Part shown: piece by piece, positions 49,983-58,856 of the stretch
How the letters are laid out: every line of letters begins with the position of its first letter
How positions within the stretch are numbered: the first letter of the stretch is position 1
From: Cyanophyceae cyanobacterium
Lineage (GTDB): Bacteria; Cyanobacteriota; Cyanobacteriia; Cyanobacteriales; JBHJGN01
Assembly: GCA_050331735.1 (NCBI GenBank)
Contig: JBHJGN010000063.1
Span: 1 to 64,000, forward strand
Length of the DNA: 64,000 nucleotides
Direction: 5' to 3'
The notes under the pieces: model-generated
The model's input: only the letters and a program-made list of their open reading frames with translations
Database searches by the model: none
Told to the model about the DNA's origin: nothing
Made by a program: the position numbers and the translations under genes

Positions 49983-51050
49983 ATGTTTCGTTCGCTCAAC
50001 TTACTGTTGCTTTCGACTCCCGTTGGTCCTTTAGGATCGGGAATTGGGGGTGGGGTAGAGCTGACGGTCTTAAATCTTGCTCAGGAAATGCAGCGGCGGG
50101 GACATCGGGTTGAAGTTGTTGCTCCGGACGGCTCTCAGCTTCCTCAAATTCCGGTACAAGAAATCCCCGGCGTTTTCCAGATAGCGGCTCAGTCTCAGAG
50201 TCGAGAGATGCCGATTAGTATGCCGAGCAACTCTGTGCTGGCCAATATGTGGGAGTATGCTCGTCGCGTTCAGGCGCAGTGGGATTTGATCGTTAATTTT
50301 GCCTTTGACTGGCTGCCTTTTTATCTAACACCCTATTTAAGCGTTCCAGTGGCTCACTTTATCAGTATGGGGTCGATGACGGAGGCGCTGGATGCCGTAA
50401 TGGGGGGAGTAGCGGAACGCTATCCTGGCACAATTGGAGTTTATACGCGAGCACAGGCTCAAACTTTTCCCTTTGCTCAGTCCTGCCGCATTTTAGGAAG
50501 TGGCATCGATTTGTCGCTGTATCAATTTTGCTCTGAACCTCAAAATACTCTTGCCTGGTTAGGGCGAATTGCTCCGGAGAAGGCGCTAGAAGATGCCGTC
50601 GCAGCAGCGCAGCAGTCTGATGTTTTCCTTAAGGTTTTCGGCAAGATGCAGGAGCCAGACTACTGGGAGCAGATTTTGAGAGACTATCCTGATGCTCCTG
50701 TAGAGTATGTTGGTTTCTTCCCGACTGCCGATTTGCAGCAGCAGTTACGCTCCTGCCGTGCTCTGCTGATGACGCCTCGCTGGGTAGAAGCGTTTGGCAA
50801 TGTTGCCATTGAAGCGCTAGCCTGCGGAGTACCGGTGATTGCTTATGATCGCGGTGGACCAGCGGAAATCGTGCAGGATGGTAGAACAGGGTTTTTAGTT
50901 GAACCTGATAGCGTTACAGGGCTAGTTGAGGCTATTGAGCGCTTAAGCGAAATTGACCGCCACGCCTGCCGGGAGCAGGCGGAGGCAAAATATTCTCTAG
51001 AGGCGCTCGGCGATCGCTTTCAGTTTTGGTTTGAAGAAATTCTATCCTAG
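49983..51050 (+). CDS. Glycosyltransferase family 4
   Basis: LGRIAPEK, EAFGNVAIEALACGVP. Confidence 0.92.
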   Translation: MFRSLNLLLLSTPVGPLGSGIGGGVELTVLNLAQEMQRRGHRVEVVAPDGSQLPQIPVQEIPGVFQIAAQSQSREMPISMPSNSVLANMWEYARRVQAQWDLIVNFAFDWLPFYLTPYLSVPVAHFISMGSMTEALDAVMGGVAERYPGTIGVYTRAQAQTFPFAQSCRILGSGIDLSLYQFCSEPQNTLAWLGRIAPEKALEDAVAAAQQSDVFLKVFGKMQEPDYWEQILRDYPDAPVEYVGFFPTADLQQQLRSCRALLMTPRWVEAFGNVAIEALACGVPVIAYDRGGPAEIVQDGRTGFLVEPDSVTGLVEAIERLSEIDRHACREQAEAKYSLEALGDRFQFWFEEILS

Positions 51051-51085
51051 GAATACACAAAAAAACTTCGTGAAGGTCTAATTGA

Positions 51086-51413
51086 GTGACGATAGCTCTC
51101 TACAGAGATGAGCATGTGCCCAAATCAGTTATCGATGGATTAAAGAGGCGTCGACGTTTTAACGGTACAAAAAGATGGTTATGTCGGTATTCCTGACCGT
51201 TCAGCTAGCCTTCAGCGAATTGTGCTTTCACAGGATCAAGATTTCTTGGCTGAGGCAAAACGCCGTCAGATGAATAATATCAGATTTGCTGGGGTTATTT
51301 TTGCCCAGCAGACTCGTCTTTCTATTGGTGACTGTATTCGTGACCTAGAAATTATCGCTCAAGCAGGCAATCCGGAGGATTTAGTCAACCGCGTTCAGTA
51401 TTGACCCCTGTAA
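51086..51413 (+). pseudogene. DUF5615-family PIN-like toxin remnant
   Basis: MTIALYRDEHVP...(frameshift)GVDVLTVQ...LSQDQDFL...FAGVIF...VQY*PL*. Confidence 0.75.
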
Positions 51414-51570
51414 AGGGCGTTTTGCCCGCCACATTCAGATTAAGCCAGCGTTCCTTACAAAAAAAATGCAAAATTTCTGTAAAAAGTTGCCATTACTACA
51501 TACTTAACTTGCACATTGAGAATAAAAATCATATATATGTAACGTTTTCTGTTTTCCTCGTCATCAATTA

Positions 51571-53316
51571 ATGACTCATTCTACGGTCGAGCCTCTCAGC
51601 ATAGTTCTCCAGCAAGCAGGTCTAGTTTCAGAAACGCAGTTAAAATCGGCACTCATCAAACTCGCTGACTCTGACAATCTGGGAATTGGAGAGCTGTTAG
51701 TCCGGTGCGGGTTACTCACTCAGGCAACCATTGACTTTTTTGCTCAAAAATGGTCGTCCCTGCTCTATCAGCAGCGACAGCCGTTAGGAAAGTATTTTAG
51801 AGAAGCTGGCTTACTCAGTAATACACAGCTTCAGGCCATACTAGAGGAGCAAAAGCAAACTGGTCAACGCTTGGGAGAGATTGCCGTTATCAAAGGTTGG
51901 CTGAAGCAAAATACCGTTGATTTTTTTGTTGAGCATCTTCATCGTCGCCAGCATAAGCTCGTTGATGAGGAGAGCGATCGCTACGACGAAGCCGCTATGC
52001 AGGCCATTCGCGATCGCCTGCTCAGCAAAGTCCGGTGTCGTCCTTTTTGGCTATTAACTCTGTACGCGCAGATGCTTCGCCAGGGAGGTGTCGAGATAGA
52101 CGACTCTCTCGAACAGCGTGAGCTATTAAAGGCAGACTTAGCGCTCAAGCAGCAAGGTCGGCTGGTTGCTAATTCTGTCTATCGAGGCATATTTCCTCAA
52201 AGCTGGCTCGAGAAGGAGTTAAATCGTTTACAGCCTTACGAGACGACAATTGTTAGCCGCAGTGATATCGGCTCTTGGGAGCGATTAACCGCAGAAGTGA
52301 AGGTGCGCACAAATGAACAAAAGCACCTTACCCAAATCCTCTGTCAGCTCCTTGGAGAATATCAGACCATTATTCCGGCTGGAGAAGAAGCTAAATGGGT
52401 AGACGAGATCGTCCGCACTCATATTGTAGAGAATTGGCAGCAGGGGGAGGCGTCAGGACATCTGCGGCAAATTAGCGATCGCCTGCTTAGCGAGTCAGGC
52501 CATCTTCTCAGTCTGTACGAGCAGGTTCTCAATCACACCATTCGAGTCGGTGGCGCTATGCCCAGTGCTTCATGGAGCGATGGCCATGCAAAATACCAGC
52601 CGTTACTAGCATTAGAATTAGTGACAGTGCATCACAATCACCTGGTCGTTCATAACAGTATTTACGCAAAAATTTTTGACCTGCCCTGGGTGGCGCAAGC
52701 TCAAGCTAGCCTTCAGCAGCAGCGAACCGCTCCAGCAGTGGCGGTAGCAAAACCTTCGGTGGCTGCTGAGCGGGCTAAGAATAAGATGACGCATTCCGCA
52801 GTAGCAGCACCCCCTACCCCTGGATCAGTTTTAACCGCGCTGGAGCGACTAGCGGCTCACCGCCGCCCTTCAAAACTGAGTATTTTGGGAGGACTGACGG
52901 CTTTAGCCGGGTTGGTTAGTTTTAGCGTTCTGCATCGAGCTCAGTGGCTCAATTCTTCGTTCGTTGCTTCAACACAGACAACTGACGTCCCTAAGATCTG
53001 TTGGCAGTATTCCCAAAGCAGGCAGGAGCAAATCGAGGAGCTACAGAAGCTACAGCAAAACGGTGTCCTAGATGGTCAATGTCAGCAATTGAAAGATGAG
53101 CTCCTTTTTGGCCACGCCATCGAAACTCTCGCCAGCAACAATTACCGTCAAGAAGCCGTCGATTTGCTGTGTGAAGTCACTCCTGCCTTCTTCGAGAGCA
53201 AGCAAAATGTGATTCCCTATTTCCGCAACTGGTCTGAAAGCAGTCCTCGCTTCAAGACTTGGCTAGAGCTTTACCTGCAAAATAATGCCTGCCCCATCGC
53301 CAGCTATCTTAGGTAG
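51571..53316 (+). CDS. Membrane protein with MshEN-like repeats, two AAA_35-associated helical domains, TM and a 4-Cys exterior domain
   Basis: PLGKYFREAGLL....LQAILEEQ, RLGEIAVIKGWL; twice the pattern I.DRLL...LL.LY.Q.L...N..Y..IF...W. Confidence 0.75.
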   Translation: MTHSTVEPLSIVLQQAGLVSETQLKSALIKLADSDNLGIGELLVRCGLLTQATIDFFAQKWSSLLYQQRQPLGKYFREAGLLSNTQLQAILEEQKQTGQRLGEIAVIKGWLKQNTVDFFVEHLHRRQHKLVDEESDRYDEAAMQAIRDRLLSKVRCRPFWLLTLYAQMLRQGGVEIDDSLEQRELLKADLALKQQGRLVANSVYRGIFPQSWLEKELNRLQPYETTIVSRSDIGSWERLTAEVKVRTNEQKHLTQILCQLLGEYQTIIPAGEEAKWVDEIVRTHIVENWQQGEASGHLRQISDRLLSESGHLLSLYEQVLNHTIRVGGAMPSASWSDGHAKYQPLLALELVTVHHNHLVVHNSIYAKIFDLPWVAQAQASLQQQRTAPAVAVAKPSVAAERAKNKMTHSAVAAPPTPGSVLTALERLAAHRRPSKLSILGGLTALAGLVSFSVLHRAQWLNSSFVASTQTTDVPKICWQYSQSRQEQIEELQKLQQNGVLDGQCQQLKDELLFGHAIETLASNNYRQEAVDLLCEVTPAFFESKQNVIPYFRNWSESSPRFKTWLELYLQNNACPIASYLR

Positions 53317-53337
53317 TAATCTCGTCCCCGCTAATCG

Positions 53338-54882
53338 CTAAGGATTGTAGAAAACGCCATCGCTTCCTTGAAGTTCGTCAGCCGTTGATACTCTAATGCC
53401 CTGCCTCCCGATTTGGTAATGCCGGAGCAAGAACTGACTCAGATTAAAGGCTTGATTTTTAGAAGGAGATGGAGCGGTAGAGCGACGGTCTAGTTGGGCA
53501 TCTAGCTGGATAAGATAGTGGATAAAGATTCCAATGAGGAGCCAGGCGATCGTGCATAAGATGCCGGTAACCGTGCAGATAATTAGCCAGCCGAGAAATT
53601 GGCAAAAGGTCTGCAGGAGAAAATGTTCGTAGTATGGAAGCGAAGTATAAACCAGGGAACTAGGACTGCTAAACAGTCCAACCGCCACAGTTCCCCAAAA
53701 TCCGCAAAAGAGATGTACCGGAACGGCTCCCACCGGATCGTCAATTTTGCAGACTTCTAAAAATACCTCGCCTAAAACCACAAAGATGCCGCCGACTGCT
53801 CCAATGACAAATGAGCTAGACAAATTAACGAAGGCAGAAGAGGCGGTAATGGAGACAAGACCGCCTAAAATGCCGTTGATGATAGAGCTAAGGCTGGGTT
53901 TACCAATGACAATGGGACTGAAGAGAATCGCGGAAATGCCTCCGGCGGCGGCTGCCGTCATGGTGGTGACGATAATATGAGGAACGTACTCGAGGTAGAT
54001 TGTTGAGCCTCCGTTGAAGCCAAACCAGCCTAGCCAGAGAATTAAGCAGCCCAAAGTCGCAAACCCTAAATTATCGGGAGTAAAGCTTTCTGTTTCCTCT
54101 TCTTCAAAGCGATCTTGGCTGGTATCATAGCCAAAGCGTCCCTGCCGAGGCTTGAGCAACATCGCTCCGACTAAGGCCGCCATTCCGCCAACGGAATGCA
54201 CAACCGTCGAGCCAGCAAAATCGCGGAAGCGGAGAGCCTGTAACAGCCAGCCATAGTGCCCCCAAACCCAGTGTCCCGTCAGTGGATAGCAAAAACCGAC
54301 GAGAAAGAAACTGAAGAGCACGAACGCCCAGAATCTCACCCGTTCGGCGATCGCCCCAGAAACAATCGTTGCCGCTGTTCCGGCAAACACTAGCTGAAAA
54401 AAGAAGAGCGGCGCAAATGCCCGTTCGGGCCAATCTAGGTGCAGGCAGCTAAACTGCTCAGTGGGAAAAGCGCCGGCGACCGGAAATAACAGTTCAAAAA
54501 AGAACCCTTGCTGACCAATAAAGCTGAGAATATTCTGCTCTTGTCCCGTGCAGGTATAGCTACCGTCTCCAAACATTAACCCGAAGCCGAACAGCCAGTA
54601 GGCTAGAGTCGCTACGCAGAAAACAATTAAATTTTTAGCGAGGACATTGGTGGCATTTTTCCGTCGGCAAAAGCCGGCTTCGAGCATCGCAAAGCCAGCG
54701 TTCATAAAAAATACAAACGCTCCAGCGATCAGCAGCCAAATGTTAGCCAAAACCAAGCTGTCAGTCTCGCCTTGGGCAACAGCGACGCGACCACTCAGGA
54801 GCAGCGTGAGAGTAGAGAGAGGAAGATAGAAGTACCAGCGACGCAGCAGCCAGTTACTTCTGAGCCATCGTCGTTTAAACAT
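53338..54882 (-). CDS. amt: Ammonium transporter (divergent Amt)
   Basis: FFMNAGFAMLEAG, DFAGSTVVH, LWLGWFGFNGGS, DDPVGAVPVH. Confidence 0.93.
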   Translation of the reverse strand: MFKRRWLRSNWLLRRWYFYLPLSTLTLLLSGRVAVAQGETDSLVLANIWLLIAGAFVFFMNAGFAMLEAGFCRRKNATNVLAKNLIVFCVATLAYWLFGFGLMFGDGSYTCTGQEQNILSFIGQQGFFFELLFPVAGAFPTEQFSCLHLDWPERAFAPLFFFQLVFAGTAATIVSGAIAERVRFWAFVLFSFFLVGFCYPLTGHWVWGHYGWLLQALRFRDFAGSTVVHSVGGMAALVGAMLLKPRQGRFGYDTSQDRFEEEETESFTPDNLGFATLGCLILWLGWFGFNGGSTIYLEYVPHIIVTTMTAAAAGGISAILFSPIVIGKPSLSSIINGILGGLVSITASSAFVNLSSSFVIGAVGGIFVVLGEVFLEVCKIDDPVGAVPVHLFCGFWGTVAVGLFSSPSSLVYTSLPYYEHFLLQTFCQFLGWLIICTVTGILCTIAWLLIGIFIHYLIQLDAQLDRRSTAPSPSKNQAFNLSQFLLRHYQIGRQGIRVSTADELQGSDGVFYNP

Positions 54883-54919
54883 GGAAGACGTTCAAAAGTA
54901 GGAACAGAGACAAGCTATT

Positions 54920-54935
54920 TGTAAGTAAGAGTACA
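54920..54935 (-). promoter_or_regulatory. NtcA binding site upstream of amt
   Basis: TGTA-AGTAAGAG-TACA, about 40 bp upstream of the amt ATG. Confidence 0.7.
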
Positions 54936-55506
54936 AGATAACCACAGACAAACAGCGCTTTTTATCACAAGTGATGCCAAATTGCTCCCGTTTGCTTGCT
55001 TTTACACCTCGCAGAACTGAACTGCCGTTGTCGTCGATTGCTCAGCACCAATCACAGAGACGAGGCGAGCGCTTAGTAATGACCAATAGCTCAGCAAAAC
55101 TGGCAGTTGCTGATAGTGAGTCTTCCTCAAAAACCTCGGTACCCAGTTTAACTGACCAGCAGAGGCCAATGTTAACGCCCTAACTCTCCATCTCTTTTCA
55201 GATATAACGCTTAACAAAGACCAAAATCAGGGTACTGCCGCCTTCTGTTTTGGAACAAACCGGCATTAGTCTCCTTCAAAAAGTTAGTTAGCATTAGTTT
55301 ACGAGCACTTAAGTTTACTGAATCACAATTGAATTTACCCGTTGCTAACCTTTAGTCAATTAGACGCCGCTATTCATCTGACAGCTTCCAAAATGTAGGC
55401 AGCAAATGATGCTGTTATATGCAATAAATTGGCAAATTCGGCTATTTTTAAGGCATTAGTTGGAATAAGAAATCCGAGAAGCAAGTTGATACATCTTTTG
55501 AGAAAA

Positions 55507-56532
55507 ATGTCTTCTAAAACAATTCCAAAAACCTATAGTTTGCTCAGTATTGGTCAGCGTGGAGCGGGCAAAACAGTATTTCTTGCCGGTAGCTACACAG
55601 AACTTGATAGCGCTCATCAGCTCGATGCTCAAGCAGTCTGGATTAATTGTCGAGATAGCCAGACGCGAGAGAACATGGAGGCGCTGTTAAGCTATATTAC
55701 TCGCTCTGGTCACTACCCTCCGCCCACTATTAAAATCACCAATTTCAACTTCAGTTTGAAACGAACCGTTAATCAGCAGGAGCAAACCCTGTGTCACTTT
55801 CGCTGGTGGGATCTTCCTGGCGAGTCTTGCAGCTATGACGATCCTGATTTTCGCAACCTGGTGTTTGAGTCTAACGGCTGCTGTATATTTATTGATGCTG
55901 ATGCCCTCATCCATCAACCGACCTACCATCAAAATCTACAAGAAATCCGGCAGCAGCTCATTCCCATTGTGACCTTGGTTCATATTAATCAATTGAATTA
56001 TGCTTTTGCCTTTTTACTGACCAAATGCGATTTACTAGAAACCGATACGGCAACCGCTCAGCTTCAGGAGCATCTGCATCCGCTGACAACCGAGCTGGAT
56101 CTGCTGGACATAGACTACAAATTATTTTACTTAAGAGTCCCGATTGTTGCTGTCGAAAGACAGGCTACGCTGCAAGCTCAAGGAACTGCCGAGCCGCTAC
56201 TATGGCTGATGGATGAGTTGGAGACTTTCCATCATCAGAACGGGGCCCCATCAACGAATGCCGTGGAGAGGTTGCGCACCCAGGACGTTGTGGAGGGAAG
56301 CCTACAGAGTGTAGTTAAATCTGTTTCGGTGGCCAGCTTCCCCCCCCAAGAAGCTGTACCAGGAAACCGACAGGCCAGCGCTCAGATTTCTAGAGATAAC
56401 GAAAAATCTGGTCCAAATTTACTGGCCTTGAGCGTGATCTTGGCTAGCTTAGCGGGAGTCGGACTTGGTTGGTGGCTCTATGCTAACCTATCAACTAGCC
56501 CTTCTGAGCCTCGTCCGGCCTTGGAGCAGTAG
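55507..56532 (+). CDS. TRAFAC-class GTPase-like protein with C-terminal TM anchor
   Basis: G1 GQRGAGKT, G2 PPPT, G3 DLPG, G4 TKCD; C-terminal LLALSVILASLAGVGLGWWLY. Confidence 0.8.
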   Translation: MSSKTIPKTYSLLSIGQRGAGKTVFLAGSYTELDSAHQLDAQAVWINCRDSQTRENMEALLSYITRSGHYPPPTIKITNFNFSLKRTVNQQEQTLCHFRWWDLPGESCSYDDPDFRNLVFESNGCCIFIDADALIHQPTYHQNLQEIRQQLIPIVTLVHINQLNYAFAFLLTKCDLLETDTATAQLQEHLHPLTTELDLLDIDYKLFYLRVPIVAVERQATLQAQGTAEPLLWLMDELETFHHQNGAPSTNAVERLRTQDVVEGSLQSVVKSVSVASFPPQEAVPGNRQASAQISRDNEKSGPNLLALSVILASLAGVGLGWWLYANLSTSPSEPRPALEQ

Positions 56533-56627
56533 ACTTTCCCCGCATCGTGCTGGGAAAGAAATGCTCTGTCCTCGATCTGAAGGAGCTTGGGGAACAGCAA
56601 ATCCACTCGCCTTACAGAACCCGAAGT

Positions 56628-57836
56628 TTAGGCGGGGCTTTCAATCTGATGAACAAAATCAAGCAGATAGTGAGCTAACTGGAGCTTAGTACAGGAGCCG
56701 ATGGGCTGCTGTCGCCCGTGAACATCGATGAAAGTTGCCTGATTGGTATCGCTACCAAAACCAGTCTGGGGGCGATCAATAGGATTAGCGGCGATCGCAT
56801 CGAGCTGCTTGCGGCGCAGCTTTTCTACAGCCGGTTCGACAATGTCTCCGGTTTGGGCGGCAAAACCGACCAGGCGCTGGTGGGGCTGCTTTTGCTGACT
56901 CAGAGCGGCAATAATATCGGGAACGGGTTCGAGAGGAAGAGCTAGGGGAAGCTCATGTTTCGGGAGTTTGGCTCGCGAGGTGTGGGCTGGTTTGACGTCG
57001 GCAACCGCCGCCGTCATAATCGTCCAGTCTGCGCTGGGAAAAGCCTTCAGCAGGGCCTGCTGCATGTCGGCAGCGCTGACAACAGGCAGGGAGTGCATCG
57101 GCAATGAGGCTGGTAGTTCCATCGGGGCATGCACGAAGGTGACAGAGGCTCCCCGATAAATGGCGGCTTGGGCAACCGCGAGTCCCATTTTTCCGGTTGA
57201 GGGATTGCCGATAAATCGGACCGGATCGATAAACTCTCTGGTTCCTCCGGCACTGATGAGAAGGTGTTTGCCTGCTAAGTCACGCTTGCCCCCAGCGATC
57301 AGGAGAGATTGAGCGGCGGCCACGATGTCTGCGGGTTCTGCCAAACGTCCAGCGCCAACGCGATCGCAGGCCAGCAGCCCGGACCCAGGACCAACGCGAT
57401 GATAGCGAGGCTCTTGCTGAAGCTGTTGCCAGTTTCTCTGGACCGCCTGCTGCTCCCACATATCGGTATTCATGGCCGGAGCCAGCAGGATCGGGCAGCG
57501 GCTTGCCAGCACGGTATTGGTCAGCAAATTATCCGCTAAGCCGTGGGCGAGCTTGCCCAGGGTATGAGCCGACAGTGGCGCAATCACCAACAGCGCTGCC
57601 CACTCTCCAAGCTCAATATGCAGGGGTCGGGAGTAAAGCGGCTGCCAGAAGTCGCGATCGGTATAGGCTCGGTGGCGGCTGAGGGTTGAGAGCGTTAGGG
57701 GGGTTACAAATTCCTGAGCAGCCGCGGTAAGAACGACTCGAACCGGAACGCCAGCCTTGAATAACTGAGAAACCACCTCACAGACCTTGTAGGCGGCAAT
57801 GCCGCCGCCAACTCCGATGAGAACTCCATCAGCCAT
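56628..57836 (-). CDS. coaBC: Phosphopantothenoylcysteine decarboxylase/ligase
   Basis: [35 protein letters not shown]. Confidence 0.96.
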   Translation of the reverse strand: MADGVLIGVGGGIAAYKVCEVVSQLFKAGVPVRVVLTAAAQEFVTPLTLSTLSRHRAYTDRDFWQPLYSRPLHIELGEWAALLVIAPLSAHTLGKLAHGLADNLLTNTVLASRCPILLAPAMNTDMWEQQAVQRNWQQLQQEPRYHRVGPGSGLLACDRVGAGRLAEPADIVAAAQSLLIAGGKRDLAGKHLLISAGGTREFIDPVRFIGNPSTGKMGLAVAQAAIYRGASVTFVHAPMELPASLPMHSLPVVSAADMQQALLKAFPSADWTIMTAAVADVKPAHTSRAKLPKHELPLALPLEPVPDIIAALSQQKQPHQRLVGFAAQTGDIVEPAVEKLRRKQLDAIAANPIDRPQTGFGSDTNQATFIDVHGRQQPIGSCTKLQLAHYLLDFVHQIESPA

Positions 57837-58049
57837 TTAGGCTTTTTCGTAGCTTTCAATCTCGAGCAAATAGATGTAGGGCTGCACTAGCTCTTGACGC
57901 TGAAAAGCGAGTGCCCAGAGTAAATGCCAATCCTGTAGAGCTTCAAAAGGATTGATGTAGTCGTCCTGTTCGAGTCGAGCCGCTAAATGAGCAACATCTT
58001 CTGCTGTGAAAGTGCCAATATCGCGGTTTATCAAACATAGAGCTGTCAT
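57837..58049 (-). CDS. DUF2555-family protein (IsiD-like)
   Basis: LAARLEQDDY.NPFEALQDWHLL; abuts coaBC. Confidence 0.85.
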   Translation of the reverse strand: MTALCLINRDIGTFTAEDVAHLAARLEQDDYINPFEALQDWHLLWALAFQRQELVQPYIYLLEIESYEKA

Positions 58050-58107
58050 GCTGCACCTCCAGTTGAGCCGATTTTTAATACCCCATCATTTAATATACCG
58101 GATTTAT

Positions 58108-58713
58108 TTATTTCGCGCTAGTGACCTGAATCACAAAACTCCGCATCACGGCTAAAACGGCGGGAATAATTTCGTGTCCCATTTCAAACTCCCGATACTC
58201 GACGGCAACTCCCGCAGCCGTTAGCTCTGCTTGGGCTTTCTGCGCCGCCGGCAGCGGAACGACCGGGTCTTGCCGACCGTGGACGAGCAACACTGGCGGA
58301 GAAACACCGCCAGCAGGAGCCGCATGGAGATAGCCACTGAGAACGCACAGCCCCGCTAGCGGTAAACCAAGACCGACATCGAGCGTCATCGCTCCCCCTT
58401 GGGAAAAGCCGCTGAGAATAGTCTGCTCTAGCGGAACTCCGGTTGTCGAGGCCAAAGTTAGCAGCCAGTCTAGAAGCTGCTGACGACTTTCTGGCAGACC
58501 TTGATATCCGCTCTCTAAGGCGTACCAAGCCCTTCCTCCCGGAACTTGAGGGTGAGCATAGGGAGCGTTGGGAAAAACAAACTGATAGTGACTGAGATTG
58601 AATAAGGAGGCAAAAGGAGCCAAATCCTGAGCATTAGCTCCCCAGCCGTGGAGGGCCACGACTAGCCCTTGGGCAGTTCCACTGGCTGGAGGAATTGAGA
58701 TCGCGTCTAGCAG
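58108..58713 (-). CDS. Phospholipase/carboxylesterase (alpha/beta hydrolase), probable CTG start
   Basis: LHGWGAN, GFSQG, HGRQD, MGHEI; AGGAG 7 nt upstream of CTG 58713. Confidence 0.88.
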   Translation of the reverse strand: MLDAISIPPASGTAQGLVVALHGWGANAQDLAPFASLFNLSHYQFVFPNAPYAHPQVPGGRAWYALESGYQGLPESRQQLLDWLLTLASTTGVPLEQTILSGFSQGGAMTLDVGLGLPLAGLCVLSGYLHAAPAGGVSPPVLLVHGRQDPVVPLPAAQKAQAELTAAGVAVEYREFEMGHEIIPAVLAVMRSFVIQVTSAK

Positions 58714-58840
58714 GATGTTTCTCCTCTTTGTATCTTTACCTTCTTGGCTGTTGTTGGGACAGTAGCGGTCGAGTCTTCGCTTCCTCAGTCGGACGCCAGC
58801 AAAGAGCAAACAGCTCAGCACTCTGAGCGCAAGAGGCTAT
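58714..58840. other. Candidate structured RNA element between hlyD and the esterase gene
   Basis: Long-range pairing of 58716..58730 with 58800..58812, perfect hairpin 58813..58828, inner stem 58765..58796. Confidence 0.4.
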
Positions 58841-58856
58841 CTTCCACCCGCTGGCT

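Noticed and set aside
58663..58839. 6S RNA, given a ~177-nt stretch with complementary ends
   Set aside because: It would overlap the esterase coding start, and I cannot see the long closing stem or recognisable 6S motifs. Kept only as an unassigned structured element pending cmscan.
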